54,233 nt of DNA from assembly GCA_040878325.1 (NCBI GenBank), contig JBBDMM010000015.1, forward strand, positions 1 to 54,233. The letters run 5' to 3'. Positions 9,027 to 18,364 of the stretch are shown here, piece by piece. A program made the translations under genes and the position numbers. The stretch is from Acidimicrobiia bacterium. GTDB lineage: Bacteria > Actinomycetota > Acidimicrobiia > Spongiisociales > UBA11373. Numbering within the stretch: the first letter of the stretch is position 1; each line of letters begins with the position of its first letter. The notes beneath the pieces were generated by a model, which made no database searches, was not told where the DNA came from, and was given only the letters and a program-made list of their open reading frames with translations.

Positions 9027-11558
9027 ATGCTGCGCATGGCCCTGAAGGGCGTCTTCGCCCACAAGGTCAGGCTGGCGCTGACCGCCCTTGCGATCGTGTT
9101 GGGCGTGGCGTTCGTCGCCGGCACCTATGTGTTCACCGACAGCATCCAGCGGTCGTTCGACGACCTGCTGGGCGAGGTCAACGAAGGGGTCGATCTCTAC
9201 GTCAGGGGCACCTCCGAATTCGGGCTGGGCGGGACCCGTATCGACGAGGACGTGGTGCAACTGGTGGCTGCGGTCCCCGGCGTGGTGATTGCCGCCCCGA
9301 GCGTCGAAGGTATCGCCCAACTGGTCGACAAGGAGGGCGAGCCGGTCGGCGGCAGCGGCCCGCCCACTTTCGGGTTCTCGTACGTGCCGGCCGGCGAGAC
9401 GCTGACCCCGGTCATCATCCGCTCGGGTGATTGGCCCCGGTCGCCCGACCAGGTGGTGATCGACTCCTACGCGGCCGACGCCAACGACTTCGAGGCGGGG
9501 GACTCCATCCAGGTGATCCTCCCCGTGGGCACCGAGACCTTCACTATCGCGGGCATCGCCGCTTTCGGCGACGCCGACAACCTGCTCGGCGCCACCCTCG
9601 CCATCTTCGAATTCGAGACCGCCCAGCGGGTGTTCGAGGCCGAAGGTCTGGTCGACTCGATCGCGGTAGTCGTCGATGACGGTGTCGACCCGCTACTGGT
9701 GCTGGCTCAAATCAGCGAGTTCCTCCCCGAGGAGACCGAAGTGGTCACCTCGACCCAGCAGACCGAGGATGAGGTCGCCCTCTTCACCGAGGGGCTGACC
9801 TTTCTCAGCACCATCCTGCTGGTGATCGCCGGGGTGGCGATCTTCGTGGGTTCCTTCCTCATCCAGAACACCTTCCGGATCATCGTGTCTCAGCGGACCC
9901 GCGAGCTCGCCCTGCTTCGGGCGATCGGGGCCACCAGACGGCAGGTGACGATGATGGTGGTGATCGAGGCCCTGATCGTCGGCCTGATCGCCGCCGTGGT
10001 CGGGGTGGGGGTGGGGATCCTGGTCGCGTTCGGCCTCAAGGCGGTGTTCTCCGCCGCCGGTTTCGGTATTCCGTCGTCGACGCTGGTGGTGGCCCCACGA
10101 ACCGTCTTGGTCAGCCTGGTGGTTGGGGTGCTGGTCACCGTGGTGGCAGCGGTGGCACCCGCGCGACGGGCCTCGCGGATCCCGCCGATCGCCGCGCTGC
10201 GAGAGGTGGCCGCTCCACCCCGCTCGCTCCGCAGCCGGATCGCCGCGGGGGCGGCGGTCACTGCCATCGGGCTGTCGTTGGTGCTGCTGGGCCTGCTGCT
10301 GGAGATCTCCAACTCCATCGCTCTGGTCGGGGTCGGTGCCTTGATCACCTTCGTCGGGGTTTCGATGCTCGCCCCTCTCGTCGCCCGCAACTTCGCTGCC
10401 GTGGCCGGGGCCCCGCTTGCCCGGTACCTCGGGGTGGTGGGCCAGCTCGCCAGGGAGAACGCCATCCGCCGGCCGCGGCGTACCGCCGCCACCGCCTCGG
10501 CGCTGATGATCGGAGTGGCGCTGGTGAGCGTGATCGCCGTGTTCCAGGCTTCGGCCAAGGCGGCTGTCGCCGACGCCTTCCGCGAGGACTTCGCCACCGA
10601 CTTCCAGGTGCGGCTCTCAGGGTTCGGTGACCCTCGCGCCTCAGGGCTGTCGTCCTCCCTCGCCCCTGAGCTCCGCCAGGTCGAGGGGGTCGAGGTGGTC
10701 GTGCGTGATCGGATGGGGGAGTATCGGGCGGGGCCCGACGGGGTCGAGAAGTTCTTGCTCGGCGTCGACGGTCCGCTCGACCTGGTCGCCGCCCTGGAGA
10801 TGCGCGAGGGGGAAGTCGCCGACCTCGGGCCGGGTACGGCACTGCTCTCCGTAGAGGAGGCGAACTCGTTCAAAGTGGGCGCGGGGGACTCGTTCCAGAT
10901 CCAGTTGCCGTCGGGGCGTTTTGTCGAACTCACCGTCGCCGGGATCTTCGAGGAGTCACCGATCGGAGTGCCGCTGATCATCGACCTGGCCACCTTCGAG
11001 GAGAACATCGACTTCAACCTCGACCGGTTCATCTACATCCTTCTCGAGGAAGGAGCCGACCCCGAGGCGGTACGGCCGGCAATCGAGCAGGTCACCGATC
11101 GCTACCCCAATGCCGCCCTCACCAACACCGAAGAACTGATCGCAGACATTGAGGAGCAGATCGACGACCTGCTCAACCTGTTGGTGGTGCTGCTCGGCTT
11201 TGCACTCATCATCGCCCTGCTCGGGATCATCAACACGCTTGCCCTGTCGATCTCGGAGCGCCGGCGCGAGATCGGGCTGCTCCGGGCAGTCGGCATGCAG
11301 CGCCGCCAGGTGCGCCGGATGATCCGCTGGGAGGCGGTGCTGATCGCGGTGTTCGGCGGTTTGCTCGGCCTGCTGGTGGGGGTGGTGCTCGGTTCGGCCA
11401 TCGTGCTGTCGGTTGGCCAGGGCCTCACTCTGGCGATCCCGTGGACCCAGCTGGCCATCTACGTGCTCCTCGCCGGGATCGGTGGAGTGATCGCCGCGAT
11501 AGTGCCGGCACGCCGAGGCGCCCGGATGGACATCCTTGAGGCGATTTCGTATGAGTAG
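9027..11558 (+). CDS. FtsX/MacB-like ABC transporter permease (duplicated)
   Basis: Two QRTRELALLRAIGA / ERRREIGLLRAVGM motifs; multiple TM segments. Confidence 0.93.
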   Translation: MLRMALKGVFAHKVRLALTALAIVLGVAFVAGTYVFTDSIQRSFDDLLGEVNEGVDLYVRGTSEFGLGGTRIDEDVVQLVAAVPGVVIAAPSVEGIAQLVDKEGEPVGGSGPPTFGFSYVPAGETLTPVIIRSGDWPRSPDQVVIDSYAADANDFEAGDSIQVILPVGTETFTIAGIAAFGDADNLLGATLAIFEFETAQRVFEAEGLVDSIAVVVDDGVDPLLVLAQISEFLPEETEVVTSTQQTEDEVALFTEGLTFLSTILLVIAGVAIFVGSFLIQNTFRIIVSQRTRELALLRAIGATRRQVTMMVVIEALIVGLIAAVVGVGVGILVAFGLKAVFSAAGFGIPSSTLVVAPRTVLVSLVVGVLVTVVAAVAPARRASRIPPIAALREVAAPPRSLRSRIAAGAAVTAIGLSLVLLGLLLEISNSIALVGVGALITFVGVSMLAPLVARNFAAVAGAPLARYLGVVGQLARENAIRRPRRTAATASALMIGVALVSVIAVFQASAKAAVADAFREDFATDFQVRLSGFGDPRASGLSSSLAPELRQVEGVEVVVRDRMGEYRAGPDGVEKFLLGVDGPLDLVAALEMREGEVADLGPGTALLSVEEANSFKVGAGDSFQIQLPSGRFVELTVAGIFEESPIGVPLIIDLATFEENIDFNLDRFIYILLEEGADPEAVRPAIEQVTDRYPNAALTNTEELIADIEEQIDDLLNLLVVLLGFALIIALLGIINTLALSISERRREIGLLRAVGMQRRQVRRMIRWEAVLIAVFGGLLGLLVGVVLGSAIVLSVGQGLTLAIPWTQLAIYVLLAGIGGVIAAIVPARRGARMDILEAISYE

Positions 11559-11645
11559 GCCGCCTTCCGCCTTCCGCCATCCGCCTTCCGCAAGACAGGA
11601 GTAACGCCGCCCGCCACCCGCCTCCCGCCTCCGGCAAGACAAGAG
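11559..11645. repeat. Two tandem units of CCGCCTT-type heptamers, each ending GCAAGAC
   Basis: gccgccttccgccttccgccatccgccttccgcaagacaggag / gcccgccacccgcctcccgcctccggcaagacaagag. Confidence 0.8.
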
Positions 11646-11670
11646 AAGAGGTTTCACCTCCCGCAGGACA

Positions 11671-12393
11671 TCACCCGGTTAGGGCGTGCTGGCGGAGGCG
11701 GTTGTAGAGGGGGCGGCACTCGGCCAACAGGGGGATCAGGTGACCCGGCATCGGCGGGACGCCGGGCTCGGAGGGTTCGAAGCCGGTGGACCGATGCACC
11801 CGCTGGTACCAATGCTGGGCCCAGACCCCATCCTCCGGCTTGGGGCCGGCCGGCCACGAGAGCATCGCCGGGTCGAAGTCGAGTCCCAGGCGATCGCACA
11901 AGGCCGCCAGCACCCCGGGAGGGTCCGCGAGGAGCAACCGGGAGTCGAGCACCAGCGGAGAGCGGCCTGCGTGCTCCATCCGCTCCAGCAGCCTCACCTG
12001 CATCGGAAGACTGGTCCCCTCCAGGGTGGGGTTGGGCACCTGCTTCACCAGCGAAGGCAGCATCTCCATCGGGTCACGGGTGAGGAGCACGTTGTCGGCA
12101 CGGTCGACGAGGGAGAGATCGAGGTCGACCAGGTGGTGGGCCATGTGCTTTAAGAAGCGCACCGGGGTCGGCGAGGGTCCGAACACGACCGTCTCGATCA
12201 CATGCGCCCCGTCGGTGTCCTGGGAGGCGATGACGTTCTGAACCACGGGGTGCTCGACTCCGGTCGCGGCGAGGTAATGGGCGTAGAGCGGCTCGTCGAC
12301 CACGCTGGTGTCGGACCGCTCGCGGAACGAGTACATCAGGGCGGTCGAGACGTTGCGGGGACCCGACCACAGGCAGATCCGCTTCGTGGTCAA
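11671..12393 (-). CDS. Sulfotransferase-like P-loop protein associated with class IV aminotransferases
   Basis: WSGPRNVSTALMYSF, DEPLYAHYL, KHMAHHL, MLSWPAGPKPEDGVWA..WY motifs. Confidence 0.85.
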   Translation of the reverse strand: MTTKRICLWSGPRNVSTALMYSFRERSDTSVVDEPLYAHYLAATGVEHPVVQNVIASQDTDGAHVIETVVFGPSPTPVRFLKHMAHHLVDLDLSLVDRADNVLLTRDPMEMLPSLVKQVPNPTLEGTSLPMQVRLLERMEHAGRSPLVLDSRLLLADPPGVLAALCDRLGLDFDPAMLSWPAGPKPEDGVWAQHWYQRVHRSTGFEPSEPGVPPMPGHLIPLLAECRPLYNRLRQHALTG

Positions 12394-13304
12394 CCGCCCG
12401 TCTCCCGCTCCACCCGGGCCTCGTAGAGAGCCCTGAGGCGATCCGTCATCGGGCGGAGCTTCCCGTCACCGATCGGGTTGCCGTCGATGGCGGCGACCGG
12501 GGTGAGGCCACCGAATGTGCCCGTGACGAATGCCTCATCGGCCGGGTGGGCGTCAGCCAGGGTGAAGGCGCGTTCGTGCGCCGGAATGCCCGCAGCGCGG
12601 GCCTCCTCCAGAACCACGGCGCGAGTGATGCCGGGAAGGTTCGCATGGCCCACGGAGGTCCACAGCTCGCCGCGGGTGACGATGAAGAAGTTGGTGGCGT
12701 TGCAGGTGGCCACATGGCCCTCGGTGTCGAGCATCAGGGCCTCGTCGGCGCCCGCCTCGGTCGCCTCTACGAGGGCGATGACCTCATGGAGCTTCGAATG
12801 GGAGTTGAGGCGTTGGTCGAGCGTGTCAGGCGGGGGACGGCGCACCGTGGAAGTCGCCAGCTTGATCCCGCGGTCGCGGACGGTTGGGTCGGCCTGTTTC
12901 CACTCGGCGATCACCACGACGTTGGGTCCGCCAACCAGGTTGGCCGGATGCTGCGACGGAGTCTTCTTGTCCCCCCGGGTGATCATCAATCGAACGTGGA
13001 CGCCGTCGGTCATGCCGTTGCGGTCGACGACTTCATGGAGCAGGGCCTCGATCCCGGCGCGATCGAACCCGCACTCGATCGAGGCGACGTCCAGCCCGTG
13101 AAACAGCCGGTCGAGATGTCGATCGAGGAATGCGAACTCGCCGTGGTGGAGCCGGATCCCCTCCCAGATGCCGTCACCGATCAGGAATCCCGAATCGAAG
13201 ACCGAGATCCTGGCCTGGTCGCGGGGGAGGAACTCCCCGTTCACGTAGACGAGCACGCCGGCATTGCGGTCGTCGTGCAGGGCCGAATGGGTGGTGGGCG
13301 CCAC
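12390..13304 (-). CDS. Aminotransferase class IV (BCAT/D-amino-acid transaminase-like)
   Basis: FDSGFLIGDGIWEG, SHSKL, DEALMLD, NATNFF, LPGITR, FVTGTFGG. Confidence 0.92.
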   Translation of the reverse strand: MAPTTHSALHDDRNAGVLVYVNGEFLPRDQARISVFDSGFLIGDGIWEGIRLHHGEFAFLDRHLDRLFHGLDVASIECGFDRAGIEALLHEVVDRNGMTDGVHVRLMITRGDKKTPSQHPANLVGGPNVVVIAEWKQADPTVRDRGIKLATSTVRRPPPDTLDQRLNSHSKLHEVIALVEATEAGADEALMLDTEGHVATCNATNFFIVTRGELWTSVGHANLPGITRAVVLEEARAAGIPAHERAFTLADAHPADEAFVTGTFGGLTPVAAIDGNPIGDGKLRPMTDRLRALYEARVERETGG

Positions 13305-13380
13305 CGCCGGCAGCGTAGTGAGGCAGGGTCGCCCCCATAGCCTCGGTCAGCCCGATAATCGACGGTCTAGCCTCGCGGGT

Positions 13381-14289
13381 GTGATCGACCGCATCGCCGA
13401 TTGGCTGAACCTCACCCATACCCAGTCCCAACTGGTGCTGACCGCAGTCTGGCTTGTCGGCCTGGTCGTCATTCGTGCGGCGGTGCTGGCGATCGTGAAG
13501 CGGCGGATCGAGGACACCGGGGTCTGGTACCGAACCCGCAAGTTCCTCAGCTACGCGATCGGGCTCATCGGTGCGATCGTGGTGGTGACGCTGTGGGTGG
13601 AGGGCAGCGGCATCCCCACCTACATCGGGTTCCTCACTGCGGGACTCGCCATCGCTCTCTCGGATGTGCTCAAGAACCTGGCGGGCTGGCTGTACATCGT
13701 CGTTCGGCGCCCGTTCCGGCTGGGCGAGCGCATCGAGGTCAGGGGCCACAAGGGCGATGTGGTGGACATCCGCGCGTTCCGCTTCACCTTGTTCGAGATC
13801 GGCACCGACCGCGTCGATGCCGAGCAGCCCACCGGTCGGCTGCTCCACATGCCCAACGGGACGCTATTCACCGAGCCGGTCGCCAACTACACCGAGGGCT
13901 TCCGGTACCTGTGGCTCGAGATCCCGGTGCTGGTCACCTTCGAGTCAAATTGGGAGGAGGCCGAGCAGATCCTGTCGCGGGTCATCGAGGAAGTCGCTCC
14001 CGATCGGTCCGAGGTCGCCGCCGGCCTCGAGCTCCGCAAGTCCGCCGATCACTACCGGATCGGGATCACGATGCTCGACCCGGTCGTGTTCGTGACGGTC
14101 CGGGACAGCGGGATCCTGCTGACGGCAAGGGTGGTGGCAGCAGTCGGCCGTACCCGGCAGATGGAACAGGAGATCTGGAAGGGCTTTCTGCGGGCGATCG
14201 CCGATCGGCCCGACATCGAGCTCGCCTACCACACGATTCGGACCCACCTGCGCGGCCCGATCGAGCTACAGGATCGCGGGGAGAAGTAG
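13381..14289 (+). CDS. Mechanosensitive ion channel, MscS family
   Basis: AGLAIAL.D.LKNLAGW, RPFRLGERI, G.VVDI, PN motifs. Confidence 0.9.
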   Translation: MIDRIADWLNLTHTQSQLVLTAVWLVGLVVIRAAVLAIVKRRIEDTGVWYRTRKFLSYAIGLIGAIVVVTLWVEGSGIPTYIGFLTAGLAIALSDVLKNLAGWLYIVVRRPFRLGERIEVRGHKGDVVDIRAFRFTLFEIGTDRVDAEQPTGRLLHMPNGTLFTEPVANYTEGFRYLWLEIPVLVTFESNWEEAEQILSRVIEEVAPDRSEVAAGLELRKSADHYRIGITMLDPVVFVTVRDSGILLTARVVAAVGRTRQMEQEIWKGFLRAIADRPDIELAYHTIRTHLRGPIELQDRGEK

Positions 14290-14344
14290 CGATTGGCGAT
14301 TGGCGATTAGCGATTGCGGTAGCGGGTAGTGGGAGGCGGGTAGC
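14289..14344. repeat. Heptamer repeats (GCGATTG)x4 + (GCGGGTA)-type
   Basis: gcgattg-gcgattg-gcgatta-gcgattg-cggta-gcgggta-gtgggag-gcgggta. Confidence 0.8.
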
Positions 14345-14367
14345 CGCTTACGCGCGACAATCCCTCC

Positions 14368-15036
14368 ATGTGCGGTCGATTCGTCCAGGCCCAGAGCGCC
14401 CAGTCCTACGCCGACCACTTCGGGGCGGGCTTGGCGCTGCCCGAGTCGCTCGATCCCTCGTGGAACGTCGCGCCAACCGACGAGGTCTACGCAGTCGCTC
14501 AACACGAGGGCGCGCGGACTCTGGGGAAGTTCAAATGGGGACTGATCCCCTGGTACTCGGATTCACCGAAGGTCGCTTCGAAGCACATCAACGCCCGGGC
14601 GGAGACGGTTGCCTCGAAACCGGCCTTCAAGGATTCCTTCGCTCGTCGCCGTTGCATCGTCCCGGCCGACGGGTTCTACGAGTGGGAGCGGCTCGAGTCG
14701 GGCGGGAAGCTGCCCCACTTCATCCACTCGATCGACGGGGAGCCGCTCGCCCTGGCGGGACTCTGGGCCTCGTGGCGCGACCCGGAGGGCGAGCGGATCA
14801 CCACTTGCACCATCGTCACCACCAAGCCGAACGAACTCGTCGGCAAGATTCACGACCGAATGCCGGTGGTGCTCCCGTCCGATACATGGGAGCGCTGGCT
14901 CGACCCCACCTTTGACGACGCAGGGTCGTTGCGGTCGATGCTGGTGGCAGCCGACCGACTGATCGAACACCCGGTCTCGACCCTGGTCAACAGCGTGATG
15001 AACAACTTTCCGGAGTGCGCCGAACCCCTCCGGTGA
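14368..15036 (+). CDS. SOS response-associated peptidase (SRAP/YedK/HMCES family), abasic-site protecting
   Basis: N-terminal MCGRF, NVAPT, WGLIP, INARAET, DGFYEW, IHDRMPV. Confidence 0.95.
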   Translation: MCGRFVQAQSAQSYADHFGAGLALPESLDPSWNVAPTDEVYAVAQHEGARTLGKFKWGLIPWYSDSPKVASKHINARAETVASKPAFKDSFARRRCIVPADGFYEWERLESGGKLPHFIHSIDGEPLALAGLWASWRDPEGERITTCTIVTTKPNELVGKIHDRMPVVLPSDTWERWLDPTFDDAGSLRSMLVAADRLIEHPVSTLVNSVMNNFPECAEPLR

Positions 15037-15045
15037 CCTCGCGGC

Positions 15046-15924
15046 TCAGGATCGGGCGAAGGGGACCGAGTGCTCCCAATCGGCGAGGAGGGTTCGCAGC
15101 GACGACACCAGCGAGAGCGGCTGGTCGAGGAGCAGATGGTGATGGGCCTCGGGGATCGTGACCATCGGAGACACCCTGCCCATCAGGTCGTACATATAGG
15201 CCGCGGTGTCTTCGGGTACTACGACGCTGTGCTCACCCCGCAGCACCGCCACCCGGCAGCGGACCGACGCCAGCTGGTCGTTCATCGCCACCATCGTGTG
15301 GGTGAAGAGGTTCGGATCGAACTTCCACGTCCAGCCGTGGGGGGTCTCCTTCAGTGAGTGCCTGGCGACATGGTCGAGCACCCAGGGCTCGGGGTCGGGC
15401 TGCGGGGGGATCAAGTGGAAGTGCCCCAGGGCGATCTCCAACTCCGGATAGATCCCTGGCGACCGGAAGGCGCGGCCCCGGGTTCCCTCCTCCGACTCTG
15501 GGTCGGGACGCCGCACCGGGGAGTCGACGATGACGGCCCCGGCGAGTTCCTCGCCGTACGTGGCTGCGGTCTGGATGGTCACGAGGCCGCCGAGCGAGTG
15601 ACCGATGACAACCGGTGGCCCCGGGAACCCTGCCGCCTTCGCCACCGATACGACCTCCCTTGCCCAGATGTCATGGGAGTACCGCTCGCGCCATCCGCTC
15701 TCGCCGTGGCCGCTCAGGTCGATCGCCGCCACGTGGTAGTGGGACGTGAAGAGTGGGGCGAGATGAGCCCACCATTCGGCGTGGGCCGCGCCTCCGTGCA
15801 CGAACACGAGCCCGGGGTGCCCGACATCTCCCCATTCCACGAAATGGACTGAGGCGCCGTCGACATCGACCCGCCGATCCCGGCGCGCGGCCGTCAGCGC
15901 TCTGGTGAACCACGCCGGGGTCAT
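15046..15924 (-). CDS. Alpha/beta hydrolase
   Basis: HGG, DLSGHGES, GHSLGG nucleophile elbow, C-terminal His; ATGA overlap with upstream gene. Confidence 0.9.
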   Translation of the reverse strand: MTPAWFTRALTAARRDRRVDVDGASVHFVEWGDVGHPGLVFVHGGAAHAEWWAHLAPLFTSHYHVAAIDLSGHGESGWRERYSHDIWAREVVSVAKAAGFPGPPVVIGHSLGGLVTIQTAATYGEELAGAVIVDSPVRRPDPESEEGTRGRAFRSPGIYPELEIALGHFHLIPPQPDPEPWVLDHVARHSLKETPHGWTWKFDPNLFTHTMVAMNDQLASVRCRVAVLRGEHSVVVPEDTAAYMYDLMGRVSPMVTIPEAHHHLLLDQPLSLVSSLRTLLADWEHSVPFARS

Positions 15925-16721
15925 CGGGCGGCCTCGAGATGGCTCCATGCCCGGGTGAAAGCGCCTTCGAGGACGCTCACCGGATAGGGCCCTCCTCGAG
16001 ACGCCGCCGCCTCCGGCGTCAAGCCCTCGGCGTGGTACTGGCGGGCGAGCGAAGCCACTTCGGCCAATTCGGCCTGCTGGGAGTTCACGAATGCCGCGTC
16101 GACCACCGCCCCATGACCCGGCACCACCACTCCACCCGACGCGGCGGCGAGAGCGGCAGTGGTCTCCGGCCATTCGAGGGGATACGAGTCGTTGAATGAA
16201 GGAGGGGCCCCCTCCTCGATCAGATCACCGGCGAACACCACTCCCTGAACGAACACGGCAGTGTCGTTGTCGGTGTGGCCCCGGCCCAGGTGACGCAGCA
16301 CCACCTCGCGCCCGCCGAAAGAGACCTGGGACTCGGTGGTGAAGGTGAAGGTGGGCGGCTTGATCACGACCTCTTCGAATTCGGCAGCGTGTTCGGGTGC
16401 CATCTCGACGACCGAGCGTCGCATCGCCTCACCGTGCTCTTGCAGGGCTTCGGCGCACCGAGCGTGTCCCCAGATCGCCGACCCCTCGAACACCGCGTTG
16501 CCGAAAGCGTGGTCCCAGTGGTGGTGGGTGTTGATCACCCATCGGACCGCAAGCCCGAACGCATCGAGGGAGCGGTGCAACTCTCTGCCCTGGCGATGGC
16601 TGGCGCGAGTGTCGATCAGCAGGATGCCGCCGGGGCAGATGACGGCCCCGATGTTGAGATCGAGTGATCGATGGCGGCGCACATGGACTCCGTCGCCGAC
16701 CTCGGTCCATTGCTCCGCCAT
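15921..16721 (-). CDS. MBL-fold metallo-hydrolase
   Basis: INTHHHWDH..GN, GHT..D, FAGD, PGHG. Confidence 0.9.
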   Translation of the reverse strand: MAEQWTEVGDGVHVRRHRSLDLNIGAVICPGGILLIDTRASHRQGRELHRSLDAFGLAVRWVINTHHHWDHAFGNAVFEGSAIWGHARCAEALQEHGEAMRRSVVEMAPEHAAEFEEVVIKPPTFTFTTESQVSFGGREVVLRHLGRGHTDNDTAVFVQGVVFAGDLIEEGAPPSFNDSYPLEWPETTAALAAASGGVVVPGHGAVVDAAFVNSQQAELAEVASLARQYHAEGLTPEAAASRGGPYPVSVLEGAFTRAWSHLEAAR

Positions 16722-16821
16722 GAAGAGGAGGGTAAACAGCCCGCTGCCGGCCACCCGACGCGCGACTCGGGGCTCGACTCCTACAAGATGACTCACCCGA
16801 AACCATTCGGCGGTCGCAGCT

Positions 16822-16885
16822 TCTTGCGGGAAGCGGGAAGCCCGAAGCCGGAAGCCGGAAGCCGGCAGCCCGAAGCCGGAAGCCG
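16822..16885. repeat. Heptamer repeats (GGAAGCC)n with TCTTGC end
   Basis: tcttgcgggaagcgggaagcccgaagccggaagccggaagccggcagcccgaagccggaagccg. Confidence 0.85.
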
Positions 16886-16909
16886 ATTGTTCCTCCTAGC
16901 CTTCGGCGC

Positions 16910-18328
16910 GTGACCCACTACGAACGGCTCTCGTTTCTCGACAACACCTTCCTGGCGATGGAGGGACCGTCGAATCCGATGCACGTCGGGGGCACGCTGG
17001 TGTTCGAGGGCGGTGGTATCGGGCTACCGGGGGGCGGGGTCGACATCGGTGCTGTCCGCAGCTTCATCGAGAACAAGCTGCAATACGTCCCTCGCTACCG
17101 GCAGCGGCTCCAGTGGGTCCCCGTCGAACGGCACCCGGTGTGGGTCGATGACGACCACTTCGACTCGACCTATCACATCAGGCACATCGCTCTACCTCAT
17201 CCCGGCACGGAAGCGCAGTTGCGGATGACGGCAGGGCGCATCCTCAGCCAGCGGCTCGACCGTGCCAGACCGATGTGGGAGGTGTGGGTGGTCGAGGGTC
17301 TCGAGAACGGCGGTTTCGCCTTGGTGACGAAGGTCCACCACTGCATGATCGACGGCATCGGGGGGGTCGACCTGATGAAGGTCCTACTCACGCCCTTCGC
17401 GACCGAGGAGATCGGGGAGCCCGACGATTTCGAGCCGCGGCCGGCGCCTACCCCTACTCAGCTGTTCGCCGATGAGGCCATCCGGCGGTTGGTTGCTCCG
17501 ATCGCCGCCGCCCAGAGCGCCAAGCGGTTCGTCGACGAGACCAAGGAGTTGGGTAAGGATCTGCAGCACCGCTTCCTGGCGATCCGTCAGTCGGCGGCCT
17601 CCGGATGGTTCACCCGCGCCTCGGCGACCCCCCTGAATGGGAAAATCGGCCCAAACCGGCGGATTGCGTTTCTGGAGACCCCGCTCGACCAGCTGAAGGC
17701 GATAAAGAAGGGCCTCGGAGGCACGGTCAACGACGGGGTGATCGCCGCCACCGCCGGCGCGGTGCGGGCCTTTCTGATCGAGGACCGCGGCGTCGATGTC
17801 GACGGGATCGACTTTCGCGCCATGGTCCCGGTCTCCACCCGGCGGGGGGCGTCGGCTGGAGGGCTTGGCAACCAGGTGACGATGTGGCTGCTCGATCTGC
17901 CGATAGCCGAACCGGACCCTGCCAAGCGGCTGAAGGCGGTTAGTGCGATGACGATCGACCGCAAGCGGTCAGACCACGCACTCGGTGCCGCCTTGATGAC
18001 CCAGAGCGCCTCCTTCACCCCTTCGACGATCCTCTCAGTGGCGGCGCGGGTGGTGGCGGCCACTGCTCGACCCTTCAACATGACGATCACCAACGTCCCC
18101 GGCCCCCAGGTGCCGCTGTTCCTTCTGTCGGCCCGCCTCACCCGGATCCACCCGATGGTGCCTCTCTGGGTCAACCACGGGCTCGGGGTGGCGCTCTTCT
18201 CGTATCAGGGGAAACTCAATTGGGGCATCGCCGGCGATTGGGATCTCGTGCCCGATATGGACCGGTTCGTCCAGCGGATCGTCGAGTCACTCGATGAGCT
18301 CGAAGCGGCCGCACAGTCGGCCAAGTGA
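16910..18328 (+). CDS. Wax ester/triacylglycerol synthase O-acyltransferase (WS/DGAT)
   Basis: PMHVG, HHCMIDG catalytic motif, TNVPGP. Confidence 0.95.
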   Translation: MTHYERLSFLDNTFLAMEGPSNPMHVGGTLVFEGGGIGLPGGGVDIGAVRSFIENKLQYVPRYRQRLQWVPVERHPVWVDDDHFDSTYHIRHIALPHPGTEAQLRMTAGRILSQRLDRARPMWEVWVVEGLENGGFALVTKVHHCMIDGIGGVDLMKVLLTPFATEEIGEPDDFEPRPAPTPTQLFADEAIRRLVAPIAAAQSAKRFVDETKELGKDLQHRFLAIRQSAASGWFTRASATPLNGKIGPNRRIAFLETPLDQLKAIKKGLGGTVNDGVIAATAGAVRAFLIEDRGVDVDGIDFRAMVPVSTRRGASAGGLGNQVTMWLLDLPIAEPDPAKRLKAVSAMTIDRKRSDHALGAALMTQSASFTPSTILSVAARVVAATARPFNMTITNVPGPQVPLFLLSARLTRIHPMVPLWVNHGLGVALFSYQGKLNWGIAGDWDLVPDMDRFVQRIVESLDELEAAAQSAK

Positions 18329-18364
18329 CTCGTGGATTCGTGTCCACTTCAGTGACGATCGGGC

